DNA from: an uncultured Acidimicrobiia bacterium
Lineage (GTDB): Bacteria > Actinomycetota > Acidimicrobiia > Acidimicrobiales > AC-14
NCBI GenBank assembly: GCA_963836205.1
Contig: CAWIIV010000006.1
Location: 608,001-672,000 of the forward strand
Direction of reading: 5' to 3'
DNA: 64,000 nucleotides
Shown: positions 49,186-58,866 of the stretch, piece after piece
How the letters are laid out: every line of letters starts with the position of its first letter
Numbering within the stretch: the first letter of the stretch is position 1
Program-made: the position numbers and the translations under genes
The notes under the pieces: model-generated
Database searches by the model: none
Told to the model about the DNA's origin: nothing
What the model saw: the letters and a program-made list of their open reading frames with translations, nothing else

Positions 49186-50457
49186 ATGGGTGACATCGCC
49201 ATCTCCTGTGACGGGGTGTGGAAGAGCTACCGGATCTACCACCAGCGGGCCCACACCCTGAAGGAGAAGGTCCTGTCGCGGGCCCACCGCTACGAGGACT
49301 TCTGGGCCCTCAAGGGCATCGACCTGGAGGTGGAGGCGGGCACCACCATCGGGATCATCGGCCCCAACGGGTCGGGCAAGTCGACCCTGCTCAAGACGCT
49401 GGCCAAGATCCTCACCCCCAACAAGGGCAGCCTCACGGTGAAGGGCACCATCTCCCCCCTGCTGGAGCTGGGCACCGGCTTCCACCCCGAGCTCACCGGG
49501 AAAGAGAACGTCTTCCTCGCCGGATCGTTGCTCGGCCAGCCCAAACGGGAGATCGAGAAGCGCTACGACGGCATCGTCGACTTCGCCGGCATCGAGACGT
49601 TCATGGACATCCCGGTCAAGAACTACTCGAGCGGGATGTACGCCCGGTTGGCCTTCGCGGTGGCGATCAGCGTCGACCCCGAGATCCTCATCGTCGACGA
49701 GGTCCTGTCGGTGGGCGACGAGGGCTTCCAGATGAAGTGCTGGGAGCGCATCGCCGAATTACGGGCCGAGGGCCGCACCATCGTGCTGGTGTCCCACAGC
49801 CTGCCGACGGTGCGGACGCTGTGCTCCAAGGCGGTGTGGCTGGACAAGGGCACGGTGCGGGAGGTGGGCAAGGCGGCCGACGTGGTCGCCGACTATTTGG
49901 CCGAGGTCCACCACGAGACCGCCGACCAGGAGGGCGGGGCCGGGGCCGGCTCCCACGGGCGGCGCTACGGGGCGGGACCGGCGGAGATCACCGAGATCGG
50001 GGTCCTCGACGGCGACGGCGGCCACACCGGCACGTTTCGCACGAGCGACCCGCTGACGATCCGGGTCTCGTACGACATCCCGACCGGGCTGGCCGACACC
50101 ATCTGCGGCATCGCCGTCATGCGGGGCGAGAACCTGGCCTACGTCTTCGGGCAGAACTCGGGCCAGGCCGGGATCACGTTGCCCACCGGCACGGGGACGG
50201 TCGAGTTCCGGGTGCCCTACCTCCCGCTGCTCCGGGGGCACTACGTGATCACCGCCGTCCTCCACGACGAGGCCGCCACCAAGATCTACGACTGCCACGA
50301 GCGCCGCCACTGGTTCTCGGTCTTCGACAACCCGTCGCTCCCCATCGAGGGCGGCATGGTCCACGTGACCACCGAGTGGAAGGCCCAGGCGTCGTCGGCG
50401 TCGACGGCGTCGGTGGCGGCGGCCACGCCGGCCGACGCCCTCCACCCGTCCGGCTGA
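49186..50457 (+). CDS. wzt: Polysaccharide exporter ATPase with a C-terminal carbohydrate-binding domain
   Basis: GPNGSGKST, YSSGMYARLAFA, DEVLSVGD; Wzt_C-like tail. Confidence 0.93.
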   Translation: MGDIAISCDGVWKSYRIYHQRAHTLKEKVLSRAHRYEDFWALKGIDLEVEAGTTIGIIGPNGSGKSTLLKTLAKILTPNKGSLTVKGTISPLLELGTGFHPELTGKENVFLAGSLLGQPKREIEKRYDGIVDFAGIETFMDIPVKNYSSGMYARLAFAVAISVDPEILIVDEVLSVGDEGFQMKCWERIAELRAEGRTIVLVSHSLPTVRTLCSKAVWLDKGTVREVGKAADVVADYLAEVHHETADQEGGAGAGSHGRRYGAGPAEITEIGVLDGDGGHTGTFRTSDPLTIRVSYDIPTGLADTICGIAVMRGENLAYVFGQNSGQAGITLPTGTGTVEFRVPYLPLLRGHYVITAVLHDEAATKIYDCHERRHWFSVFDNPSLPIEGGMVHVTTEWKAQASSASTASVAAATPADALHPSG

Positions 50458-50469
50458 CCGCCCGCGCGT

Positions 50470-50795
50470 CCCGAGCGAATGGGGCGAGAGGTGCTCCGGA
50501 GGGACCTCCTGTGGCATTCGCTCGGATCGGGCAGGGCGAGAACCACGGCGGACGGGGGCGTTCGTGGCGATCGCTCGTCGGCGGCGAGGTCGTCACCGGA
50601 GCGGGTGGTACGGGAGGCCCGGGCGTGTTCGTCGCGATCGCCTCGGTGGCGGCGGGGTCGTCATCGGAGCGAATGGCGCGGGAGCCCCCGTGGAGGGGGT
50701 GTTCGTGGCGATCGCTCGGGCGTCGGCCGGGCCTGACCGGAGCGAACGGCGCGGGAGCCCCCGTGGAGGGGGTGTTCGTGGCGATCGCTCGGCGA
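50470..50795. repeat. Tandem array of imperfect palindromes (family C), 67-74-bp period
   Basis: TTCGTSGCGATCGC at 50561, 50628, 50702 and 50775, alternating with GGAGCGAAYGGCGCGGGAG-like arms. Confidence 0.8.
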
Positions 50796-50845
50796 TCGGT
50801 CGGCGGCGTGGTCGGGGGTCCCCGGGGCTCGGTAGTGTGCCTCGG

Positions 50846-51259
50846 ATGCGTGGAACGTCGGTCCCGACGATGATGACCCGGGTGGAGACGGCCCTGGTGC
50901 GGGCCGCCCGCCAGCCGGGCGGCGTGAGCGCAGGGGGGCCGATCTTCGTGCACACCGAGGGCGACGACGAGCTGGGCATCGCCAACCTCCGCGACCCGGC
51001 CACCATCCGGGTCGAGTTCCTGTCCGGGTCCGACCGGCCGGTCGTCGGCGACGCCATCCGATTCGGCAAGAAGGCGGTCCGCCGCAGCCTGCGGTGGTAC
51101 ACCACCCCGCCGTGGGACCAGCAGAGCCGCTTCAACCACGCCCTCCTCGACCTGGTGGAGAAGCTCCGCCTGCAGAACGAGCGCCTGCGCAACGAGGTGG
51201 AGGAGCTCAACCGGCTCCTGCGGGAGGAACACAAGAAGTCCGCCGCCGATGACGGCTGA
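50846..51259 (+). CDS. Small coiled-coil protein associated with the glycan locus
   Basis: KKAVRRSLRWYTTPPWDQQSRFN followed by heptad repeats; overlaps the next glycosyltransferase start. Confidence 0.7.
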   Translation: MRGTSVPTMMTRVETALVRAARQPGGVSAGGPIFVHTEGDDELGIANLRDPATIRVEFLSGSDRPVVGDAIRFGKKAVRRSLRWYTTPPWDQQSRFNHALLDLVEKLRLQNERLRNEVEELNRLLREEHKKSAADDG

Positions 51260-53090
51260 GCCGCCGCCGCGCCCGGTCGCGGTCGTCATCCTCACGTGGA
51301 ACGCCATCGAGTTCTCCAAGAAGTGCCTGGCCGCCCTCAAGGAGATGACCGACCACCCCAGCTGGCGGCTGATCGTGGTCGACAACGGCAGCGTCGACGG
51401 CACCCCCGAGTGGCTGAGCACCCTCCCGTGGGTCACCCTCGTGCGCAACAGCCGCAACCTGGGCTTCACCAAGGGCTGCAACATCGGGATCACCGCCTGC
51501 CTGCCGGACGAGGACGTCGTCCTCATGAACAACGACGTCATCGTCACCGACCGCCACTGGCTCTCCAAGCTCCAGGCCTCCGCCTACGCCGACGTCGAGC
51601 CCGTCCGGGGCGTGGTCGGCGCCCGCCTGGTCGACGCCCAGGGGACGATCCTGCACCTGGGCGCCCTGATGATGCCGCTGACCCTCATGGGCCAGCAGAT
51701 GGGCGGCTTCGAGCTCGACGTCAACCAGTGCAACACCACCCGGTCGGTGGAGTCGGTGGTGTTCGCCCAGGTGTATGTCCGCCGCGACTGCCTGAACGCC
51801 ATCGGCCCCCTCGACGAGGACCTGTTCGCCTACTTCGACGACTCCGACTTCTGCCTGCGGGCCATCAGAGCCGGCTGGGACGTGGTGTGCGAAGGCAGCG
51901 TCACGAGCGTCCACCACCAGAGCACGTCGACCAAGGAGAACAAGGTCGACTTCTGGTCGGTCTACGGCAAGTCCCGCAAGGTGTTCACCCGCAAGTGGGC
52001 CCAGTACCTGGAGCACGACCGCTACGACCTGGAGATGGCGTGGCACTCGGTGGTGCACCAGCCCATGGGCTACGGGGTCCAGAGCCGCCACATCATGAAG
52101 GCGCTCCACTTCGCCGGCATCAAGGTCGCCTACAAGAACGCGTACAACCAGGAGGACGACCCCACCGAGGACTTCCTCCTCGACGACATCATGAAGCGGG
52201 CGATCCGCCCCGACGTCACCCAGGTGGCCCTGTGCCAGGCCGACTCCTTCTTCCCGGTCGAGGGCAAGCACACCGTGGGGTGGACGATGCTCGAAGTCAC
52301 CGGCCTGCCGCCGACGTGGGTGGCGGGGTGCAACTCGATGGACGAGGTCTGGGTGCCGGCGTCGTTCAACGTCGACACCTTCCGCAACTCGGGGGTGACG
52401 GTGCCGATCCACGTCATGCCCCTGGGTGTCGATGTCGACTACTTCCACCCCGAGATCACCGGTTACCGGCCGTCGACCCGGTTCACGTTCCTGTCGGTGT
52501 TCGAATGGGGCGAGCGCAAGGCGCCCGAGGTGCTGCTGCGGGCCTTCGCCGAGGAGTTCAAGGACTCGGAGGACGTGCTCCTGCTGCTCTCGGTGTTCAA
52601 CCGCGACCCCCAGGTCGACGTGCACCAGCAGATCGCCGACCTCGACCTGCCGCCGACGGCGCCGATCGTGGTCATGCTCAACCCCAAGTTCGCCGCCCAC
52701 CAGATGGGATCGCTCTACCGGTCGGCAGACGCGTTCGTGCTGCCCACGAGGGGTGAGGGCTGGGGGATGCCCGTGCTGGAAGCCATGGCGTGTGGGCTGC
52801 CCACCATCGCCACCCGGTGGAGCGGGCCGGCCGACTTCCTCCACGAGGGCGTGGGCTACCCGCTGGAGCCGTTGCGGCTGGTGCCGGCCGAGGCCCGCTG
52901 CGAGTACTACGCCGGATTCGACTGGGCCGATCCCGACGTCGAGCAGCTCCGCTCACTGATGCGCCAGGTGGCCGACAACCCCGAGGCGGCCCGGCTCAGG
53001 GGCCTGGCCGCGGCAGCCGAGGTGGCGGCCAACTGGACCTGGCACGACGTCGCCCGCAAGGTCAAGGCCCGCCTGGTCGAGATCGGCTGA
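51249..53090 (+). CDS. Bifunctional GT2-GT4 glycosyltransferase
   Basis: VDNGSVD/LMNND/YFDDSD, then ERKAPE and PTRGEGWGMPVLEAMACG. Confidence 0.92.
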   Translation: MTAEPPPRPVAVVILTWNAIEFSKKCLAALKEMTDHPSWRLIVVDNGSVDGTPEWLSTLPWVTLVRNSRNLGFTKGCNIGITACLPDEDVVLMNNDVIVTDRHWLSKLQASAYADVEPVRGVVGARLVDAQGTILHLGALMMPLTLMGQQMGGFELDVNQCNTTRSVESVVFAQVYVRRDCLNAIGPLDEDLFAYFDDSDFCLRAIRAGWDVVCEGSVTSVHHQSTSTKENKVDFWSVYGKSRKVFTRKWAQYLEHDRYDLEMAWHSVVHQPMGYGVQSRHIMKALHFAGIKVAYKNAYNQEDDPTEDFLLDDIMKRAIRPDVTQVALCQADSFFPVEGKHTVGWTMLEVTGLPPTWVAGCNSMDEVWVPASFNVDTFRNSGVTVPIHVMPLGVDVDYFHPEITGYRPSTRFTFLSVFEWGERKAPEVLLRAFAEEFKDSEDVLLLLSVFNRDPQVDVHQQIADLDLPPTAPIVVMLNPKFAAHQMGSLYRSADAFVLPTRGEGWGMPVLEAMACGLPTIATRWSGPADFLHEGVGYPLEPLRLVPAEARCEYYAGFDWADPDVEQLRSLMRQVADNPEAARLRGLAAAAEVAANWTWHDVARKVKARLVEIG

Positions 53091-53125
53091 CGCCTCCGAT
53101 CGGCCAAGGGGGCCAAAACCGGTCG

Positions 53126-54187
53126 ATGGTCGAGATCGGGTCGCGGCCTCCCGCTAGCGTCGGTTCCGTGGCCGAGGACGGGGTGGTCGTCGAGGCGGCG
53201 GGGCGGGAGATCGTGATCACCCACCCGGGCAAGGTCTTCTTCGCCGAGCGGGGCGACACCAAGCTCGACCTCGTCCGCTACTACCAGTCGGTGCAGGGAC
53301 CGCTCATGGCGGCCATGGGCGGACGACCGGTGCTGCTCCAGCGCTTCCCGAATGGGGCCGGCGGGTCGTCGTTCTTCCAGAAGCGGGTGCCCGAGGTGCG
53401 GCCCGACTGGCTGGAGACCAGCGTGGTGAGCACCCCCAACGGCACCACGTCGCAGGCGCTGGTGACGGCCGACCTGGCCCACGTGCTGTGGGCCGTCAAC
53501 ATGGGCTGCCTCGGCTTCCACGTGTGGCCGGCGAAGGCCGACGACCCCCAGCACGCCGACGAGCTGCGTATCGACCTCGACCCCAGCCCGGGGGTGGACT
53601 TCCCCATGTTGCGGGAGGCGGCCACCGAGGTTCGGGCGCTGTTCGACGAGCTGGGCGTGGTCGCCCTGCCCAAGACCACCGGCAACCGGGGCATCCACGT
53701 GTACGTCCGGCTGCAACCGCGGTGGACGTCGTACGAGGTGCGCTCGGCGGCGGTGGCGGTGGCCCGGGAGCTGGAGCGGCGGCGGCCCGACCTGGTCACC
53801 GCCGCCTGGTGGAAGGAGGAGCGGGGCAGCCGGGTGTTCGTCGACTTCAACCAGAACGCGCCCCACAAGACGATCTTCGGGGCGTGGTCGGTGCGGGCCC
53901 GTCCCGGAGCCCAGGTGTCGACGCCGTTCCAATGGGACGAGCTGGAGGCGGTGCACCCCGACGACTTCACCATCGCCACCGTCCCCCGAAGGGTGGAGGA
54001 GGCGGGGGACCCGTGGGCGCCGATGACCACCGACCCGCAGTCGTTGGAACCGATCCTGGCCCTCCACGAGCGGGACAAGGATGCCGGACTGCTCGACGCC
54101 CCGTGGCCCCCCGTCTACCCCAAGATGCCGGGTGAGCCGCCCCGGGTCGCCCCCAGCCGGGCCCGCAAGGTCACGGAGGAGGCATGA
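53126..54187 (+). CDS. Stand-alone primase-polymerase (LigD Pol domain, Prim-PolC-like)
   Basis: TKLDLVRYY, RFPNG..FFQKR, RIDLDP, KTTGNRGIH, VDFNQN; C-terminal WPPVYPKMPGEPPRVAPSRA. Confidence 0.9.
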   Translation: MVEIGSRPPASVGSVAEDGVVVEAAGREIVITHPGKVFFAERGDTKLDLVRYYQSVQGPLMAAMGGRPVLLQRFPNGAGGSSFFQKRVPEVRPDWLETSVVSTPNGTTSQALVTADLAHVLWAVNMGCLGFHVWPAKADDPQHADELRIDLDPSPGVDFPMLREAATEVRALFDELGVVALPKTTGNRGIHVYVRLQPRWTSYEVRSAAVAVARELERRRPDLVTAAWWKEERGSRVFVDFNQNAPHKTIFGAWSVRARPGAQVSTPFQWDELEAVHPDDFTIATVPRRVEEAGDPWAPMTTDPQSLEPILALHERDKDAGLLDAPWPPVYPKMPGEPPRVAPSRARKVTEEA

Positions 54188-55056
54188 CCGGCCGGAGGCC
54201 GTGGACGGCGATGGGCGCGGTGGCCGTGGTCGGTGCGCTCGGCCTGATGACCGCCGGCTGCGGTGGCGACTCCCCCACGTCGTCCACCCCCACCTCGGCC
54301 GTGGTGACCTCGTCCACGAGGGTGGCGGCCACCACCGTCGCGCCCGCGCCGTCGTCCACCGCCGCCACCAGCCCGCCGACCACCTCGCCGGCCCTCCCGA
54401 CCGTCGTCGACGACGTCCTCCGGGGTGGGAGCGAAGCCGACCGCTACACCTACGAACAGACCTTCCCCCGGTTGCAAGGCCTGGTCGACCTGTCCGTGCA
54501 GGACGCGATCAACGCCCAGATCCTCACCGAGGTCACCGCCATCGTCGACGATTTCGTGGCCGGGACCGATGGCTACCCGGACCCGTCGGGCCCGTCGGCC
54601 GACCAGCGCAGCGCGCTCAAGGGGTCGTACGAGGTGTCCCGCATCGACGACGCTCTGCTCAGCACGCGGGTGCACGCCAGTCCCTACTTTGCGGGCGCGG
54701 CCCACCCCGGGTCGGTGCAGGTCACCTTCAACTTCGACCTCCGGACGGGGAAACGCCTGGCCCTGGCCGACCTGTTCACGGCCGACGTTCCTTACCTGGC
54801 CACGCTGTCGGCGCATTCCCGGCTGCTGCTGGCGACCCAGCCGGGTATCGGCGGACTCCCTGAATTCGTCACGCCCGGTACCGAGCCCACGGCCGACAAC
54901 TTCGCCCACTGGACCCTCAGCGACCAGGACCTGGTGATCACCTTCGACCAGTACCAGGTGGCCCCGGGCGCGGCCGGGACACCTCACGTGAGCATCCCCT
55001 TCGCCTCCCTACGAACCATCCTCGACCCCACCGGCCCCCTCGCCATCCACAACTGA
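54184..55056 (+). CDS. Lipoprotein with a PdaC/RsiV-like (DUF3298) domain
   Basis: Lipobox TAGC; GAAHP, FNFDLRTGKRLALADLF, FDQYQVAPGAAG. Confidence 0.85.
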   Translation: MTGRRPWTAMGAVAVVGALGLMTAGCGGDSPTSSTPTSAVVTSSTRVAATTVAPAPSSTAATSPPTTSPALPTVVDDVLRGGSEADRYTYEQTFPRLQGLVDLSVQDAINAQILTEVTAIVDDFVAGTDGYPDPSGPSADQRSALKGSYEVSRIDDALLSTRVHASPYFAGAAHPGSVQVTFNFDLRTGKRLALADLFTADVPYLATLSAHSRLLLATQPGIGGLPEFVTPGTEPTADNFAHWTLSDQDLVITFDQYQVAPGAAGTPHVSIPFASLRTILDPTGPLAIHN

Positions 55057-55329
55057 GCCAGATCTTCCGAGGGCGGTTGGTACGATCGGCGACGTGCCAG
55101 ACGACTCGAGCTTCGGGCAGTGGGTGGCGGAGGAGGGTGGTCCGCAGCAGTCGTCGTGATCGTCGAGGACGTCCGACGACAGGTTGCGAAAGGCTTGCTT
55201 CCCGGGTTCACCGCCAAGGACGAGTTTCTCGACGGCGACCACGAGCGCATCCTGGTTGTCCGAATCCGCAAAGCCGCCCCGGGCGACTGAGACCTCGAGC
55301 CGCATATTGGGCGAAGGCCGCATCCTCAA

Positions 55330-55707
55330 CTAGCGAGCGGCGTCCTCGGCCTCGACCTGGCGGGCGAGGCGTTTGGGGGCGACCAGGACGAACGAGCTGC
55401 GGACCCATTCCTCGACCTGGAGCCAGCGGTCGTCGCCGGGGTCGGGGGGGAGGTCGAGGGACACCCACCCGTGGCGGCCCAGGCCGTAGCCGGCGGGGGT
55501 GACGTCGGGATCGGTGGCCACCACCGCCGCCGCCTCCTCCTTGGGGAGCTTGAGGCTGAGGTTCCGGGCCTCCTGGTCGGAGAAGACGAAGTTCTTCCCG
55601 CGGACACGGAACGTGGGGTGGTCGCCCCACTCGGCGATGTCGACCCGTTCCGCCTCCGGGAGGCGGGCGACGATCGCCTCCAGCCGGTCCATGTTGTCGC
55701 CGGCCAC
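55330..55707 (-). CDS. MmcQ/YjbR-family protein
   Basis: WGDHPTFRVRGKNF, YGLGRHGWV, SFVLVAPKRLA. Confidence 0.9.
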   Translation of the reverse strand: MAGDNMDRLEAIVARLPEAERVDIAEWGDHPTFRVRGKNFVFSDQEARNLSLKLPKEEAAAVVATDPDVTPAGYGLGRHGWVSLDLPPDPGDDRWLQVEEWVRSSFVLVAPKRLARQVEAEDAAR

Positions 55708-55714
55708 GCCCGCC

Positions 55715-56701
55715 TCAGCCCTTCAGCACACGCTTCAGGGCCTGGGCCTTGGTGATCACCGGATCGAAGCGGTTGCGGGCCTGGCGGAGGGGGGCGGTGA
55801 CCCGCCACGACAGCGTGCGCCGCATGGCCTCGGCCTCGGCCAGGGTGGCGGCGCCCCGGTAGGGGGCGTTGATGACGGCCGTGAGGTGGGAGTAGCGGCG
55901 GGTGACGGGCAGGTCGTCGAACGTGCACAGCATGTTGTCGGCCGGGCCGTGGATGCCGTTGTCGTAGAGGAACTCGTAGATCTCGTGGGGCGTCTCCAGC
56001 CGGCAGAGGGCCCCGTCGACCCGGTCCATCACGAAGACGTGGGGGAACAGCTCCTTGATCCGGGCCAGGGCCACCTGGGGCAGCACGCTCTGGTGGATCG
56101 TGAACCCGAACGTGTTGAACTCCAGCACGGTGGCCGGCCGGTAGGTGGCCAGGGTCTTCTCCGCCCCCGCCAGCACCGACAGCTCGGCACCCTCCACGTC
56201 GACCTTGACGAAGTCGACCCGGTCGAGCTGGCGATCGGCCACGAACTCGTCGATGGTGGTGGTGGCGGCCTCGAACGACTGCGACCCGTAGGACTCGGAC
56301 GACAGCAGCGACCCCTCGTCGGACGAGAAGCTGCCGGCGCTGAAGAACGAGAAGTCGTGGAAATGGACGGTGCCGGTGGTGTCGCTCACAGCCAGCTGGC
56401 AGGCGTCGACGTTGGCCGCCCCGTTCGTCTTCAGGTTCGACTGGAGGTGGCCGTAGGCGCTGGGCGACGGCTCGAAGGCGTAGATCTTGCCCTTCGGCGC
56501 CAGGCTCGACAGGCCCAGGCTGTAGAGGCCGATGTTGGCCCCCACGTCGAGGCAGACGGAGTCGGGCCGGATGTGGGGCTGGATGGCGGCCATGACCGAA
56601 TCGGTGATGTCACCGCCGTCGGGGATGTGCCGGTAGTAGTCGTCGCCCTCCCCGCCGGAGATGGTGAACGTGCGGCCGTAGATCTTGACTGTCTTGGACA
56701 T
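55715..56701 (-). CDS. FkbM-family methyltransferase
   Basis: LDVGANIG, AFEPSP, VKVDVEGAE; tail SWRVTAPLR. Confidence 0.92.
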   Translation of the reverse strand: MSKTVKIYGRTFTISGGEGDDYYRHIPDGGDITDSVMAAIQPHIRPDSVCLDVGANIGLYSLGLSSLAPKGKIYAFEPSPSAYGHLQSNLKTNGAANVDACQLAVSDTTGTVHFHDFSFFSAGSFSSDEGSLLSSESYGSQSFEAATTTIDEFVADRQLDRVDFVKVDVEGAELSVLAGAEKTLATYRPATVLEFNTFGFTIHQSVLPQVALARIKELFPHVFVMDRVDGALCRLETPHEIYEFLYDNGIHGPADNMLCTFDDLPVTRRYSHLTAVINAPYRGAATLAEAEAMRRTLSWRVTAPLRQARNRFDPVITKAQALKRVLKG

Positions 56702-56734
56702 GTGGACCTGTGTCTAGTCGAGGGGCCGTCTGTA

Positions 56735-58690
56735 TCAGCCGACGAGGCGGCGCAGGCGGCGGTAGAGGCGGACGATCGGTCTGCGTTCGAACGCCTGCCG
56801 GCGCTCGTCGGCCGCCTGGAGGCGGGCGTTGAGGTCGGCGGCGACGGCCTGCTCGTGGGCCAGGGCGACCCGCAGGGCGGCGCCGTCGCGGCCGAGCTGG
56901 TCGTAGCGAGCCTGGAGGTCCTCGACCGAGTGCCCGAGGGCGACCTGGACCTGGAGGGACTGCTCGAGCTGGCGGCATGTCTCGCCCAGGTGGTCGTAGG
57001 TGCGGGCGAGAGTGTGGCGGAGCGACGTGAACGGCAGGTACCGGCTGCTGCCGGGCGACACCTGGGAGACGCTGCCCACCCGTTCGAGCTCCTCCTGGGT
57101 GACGGCGGGGTCGATGCCCCGGACCTTGGCCTGGAGCTCGGCCTCGGCGTGGCGCCACCGGTCGAGCGCCCCCTCGCCGCCGGCGGTGCCGCACAGGCGG
57201 GCGAGGGCCTGGGCCAGCTCGTCGACGGTGGTGGAGAGGGGCCACGGGTGGCGGACGCCCCGGGCGACGACGTTGAAGGCGAAGCTCCACAAGGCCCGGA
57301 GGACGACGAGGTCGGCGTCGACGCCGCCGTCGGCCCGCCACTCGCGGTCGACGTAGGTACCGGCGACGAAGTTTCCCAGGTCGACGTCGAGGTGGTCGTC
57401 GGGGAGGAGGCGGCGGGTGGACGGGCCGGCGAAAGGGTGGTCGGGTGGTGGGTCGCCGGCGTCGGTGACGTCGGTCTCGAGCGCACGGAGGCCGTTCCGC
57501 CAGGCCTGGAGGACCTGGGCGACTGCCGCCGGTCCCTTTTCGAGGGCGGCCAGGGCGTCCTGCTCGACGGTGCGGCCCAGGATGCGGGGCTGGCGGGCGT
57601 CGCGGTGCTGGCTGAGCCACCCCCGCTGGAGGAGTCGGTCGGTGGGCGCGATGGGACTGGCGGTGACGTCGCCGGCCGTCGGGAACGTCTTCGACCCCAG
57701 CCACGTGCGCAGGCGGTCGCTGCCGAAGAACCAGGCGGCCACCTCGGGGTCGACCCGGCGGTCGATGGGGGCGGCGTCGTGGCCGGCGACCACCAGGAAG
57801 GAGTTGGCCACGTCGGGGCCGAGGCCGGCTTCGAGGAAGACCCGGTGGGCGAGGCGGTCGTCGCAGACCCGGGCCGGGTCGGACGCCAGCGGGCTGCACG
57901 GCCAGCGCACGATCTGGTCGACGAAGTCGGGGGCGTCGACCTCGGCGTAGGCGGCCTCGTCGACCACCACCGCCGGAAGCTTGTAGTCGGGGAACGGGAA
58001 CAGCCACCGCTGGGCGGGGAAACCGGCCTGGGCCAGGAGACCGCCCAGGCGCCGTCTGGACCAGGTGCGGGGACTCGTCCCCTGCGGCGGCGTCCGGTAG
58101 CCCTCCACGCCCGCCCACGGCTCGCCCAGGTGGTCCTCGCCGTAGCCGAGGAGGTACTTGAGGCCGAGCTGGTTCTCGATGGCCACCACGACCACCCCGT
58201 CGGGCCGGGTGAGGGTGCGGAGCTTGTCGAGCAGGCCCGGGCCGGCGTACTCGAGGACGCCGATGCAGAGGACAACGTCGAAACCGGCGTTGTCCTCGTA
58301 GGCGTCGATCGGTCCGCAGACCACCTCGACGTTGGCCAGACCGTCGCACCGGGCGGCGGCGGCCCGGGCTCGGGGAAGGGTGCCTTCGAGGGCGACCACG
58401 TCGGCTCCCGTCTCGGCCACATGGCGGGCGAGGGCCCCGGTGCCGGCCCCGACGTCGAGGACACGGGTGCCGGGGCCGAGGTTGAGGGGGCGGAGGAGGT
58501 TCGCCCGCTGGCGGGACAGGTGGTAGCGGGTGGGCCAGTCCGAGATGTGGCGGGCCAGCTCGTCGGACGCGGTGCTGCGGTCGTCGGCCTGCTCCAGGAT
58601 CTCGAGCACCGGGTCCTCCGAGCCGTCGGCGTAGTCGACCTCACCGCCGATCAGCCGCACGCCACTGCGGGCGTCCACCCCCTCGGTCAT
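56735..58690 (-). CDS. SAM methyltransferase with a kinase-like remnant and a C-terminal coiled coil (WbdD-like architecture)
   Basis: VLDVGAGTG, IGVLEY, IENQLGLKY, PFPDYKLP, DVDLGNF..VDREW, heptad-rich tail. Confidence 0.82.
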   Translation of the reverse strand: MTEGVDARSGVRLIGGEVDYADGSEDPVLEILEQADDRSTASDELARHISDWPTRYHLSRQRANLLRPLNLGPGTRVLDVGAGTGALARHVAETGADVVALEGTLPRARAAAARCDGLANVEVVCGPIDAYEDNAGFDVVLCIGVLEYAGPGLLDKLRTLTRPDGVVVVAIENQLGLKYLLGYGEDHLGEPWAGVEGYRTPPQGTSPRTWSRRRLGGLLAQAGFPAQRWLFPFPDYKLPAVVVDEAAYAEVDAPDFVDQIVRWPCSPLASDPARVCDDRLAHRVFLEAGLGPDVANSFLVVAGHDAAPIDRRVDPEVAAWFFGSDRLRTWLGSKTFPTAGDVTASPIAPTDRLLQRGWLSQHRDARQPRILGRTVEQDALAALEKGPAAVAQVLQAWRNGLRALETDVTDAGDPPPDHPFAGPSTRRLLPDDHLDVDLGNFVAGTYVDREWRADGGVDADLVVLRALWSFAFNVVARGVRHPWPLSTTVDELAQALARLCGTAGGEGALDRWRHAEAELQAKVRGIDPAVTQEELERVGSVSQVSPGSSRYLPFTSLRHTLARTYDHLGETCRQLEQSLQVQVALGHSVEDLQARYDQLGRDGAALRVALAHEQAVAADLNARLQAADERRQAFERRPIVRLYRRLRRLVG

Positions 58691-58714
58691 CGGAAGAACC
58701 CTACCGGTGCCCCG

Positions 58715-58823
58715 AACTGGTGACGGATGTGGTGGCTGGGGCAACCAATCGTGTCACCGGTTGGCAGCCCCCTCGAACCGGTGACGGATGTGGTGGCTGG
58801 AGCAACCAATCGTGTCACCGGTT
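58715..58823. repeat. REP-like palindrome family A, pair in a divergent intergenic region
   Basis: AACTGGTGAC...GTCACCGGTT (58715-58762) and AACCGGTGAC...GTCACCGGTT (58776-58823). Confidence 0.88.
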
Positions 58824-58866
58824 CGGAGAAGGGGGGCGGGGGGCGGGGCGTCCGTAGACTCCCCCC

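Noticed and set aside
50470-50795. Possible CRISPR array
   Set aside because: Repeats are degenerate, the intervening segments are short and related to each other, and there are no cas genes; a REP/BIME-type array fits better.
55009-55329. 106-aa minus-strand ORF between the lipoprotein and MmcQ genes
   Set aside because: No recognisable motif and it overlaps the lipoprotein 3' end; at most a remnant.
55499-58723. Very long antisense or alternative-frame ORFs (this one, 16748..19630, 60623..63988, 43389..46103 and others)
   Set aside because: Shadow ORFs typical of high-GC coding DNA; Arg/Gly/Pro-rich, without motifs, and overlapping well-supported genes.
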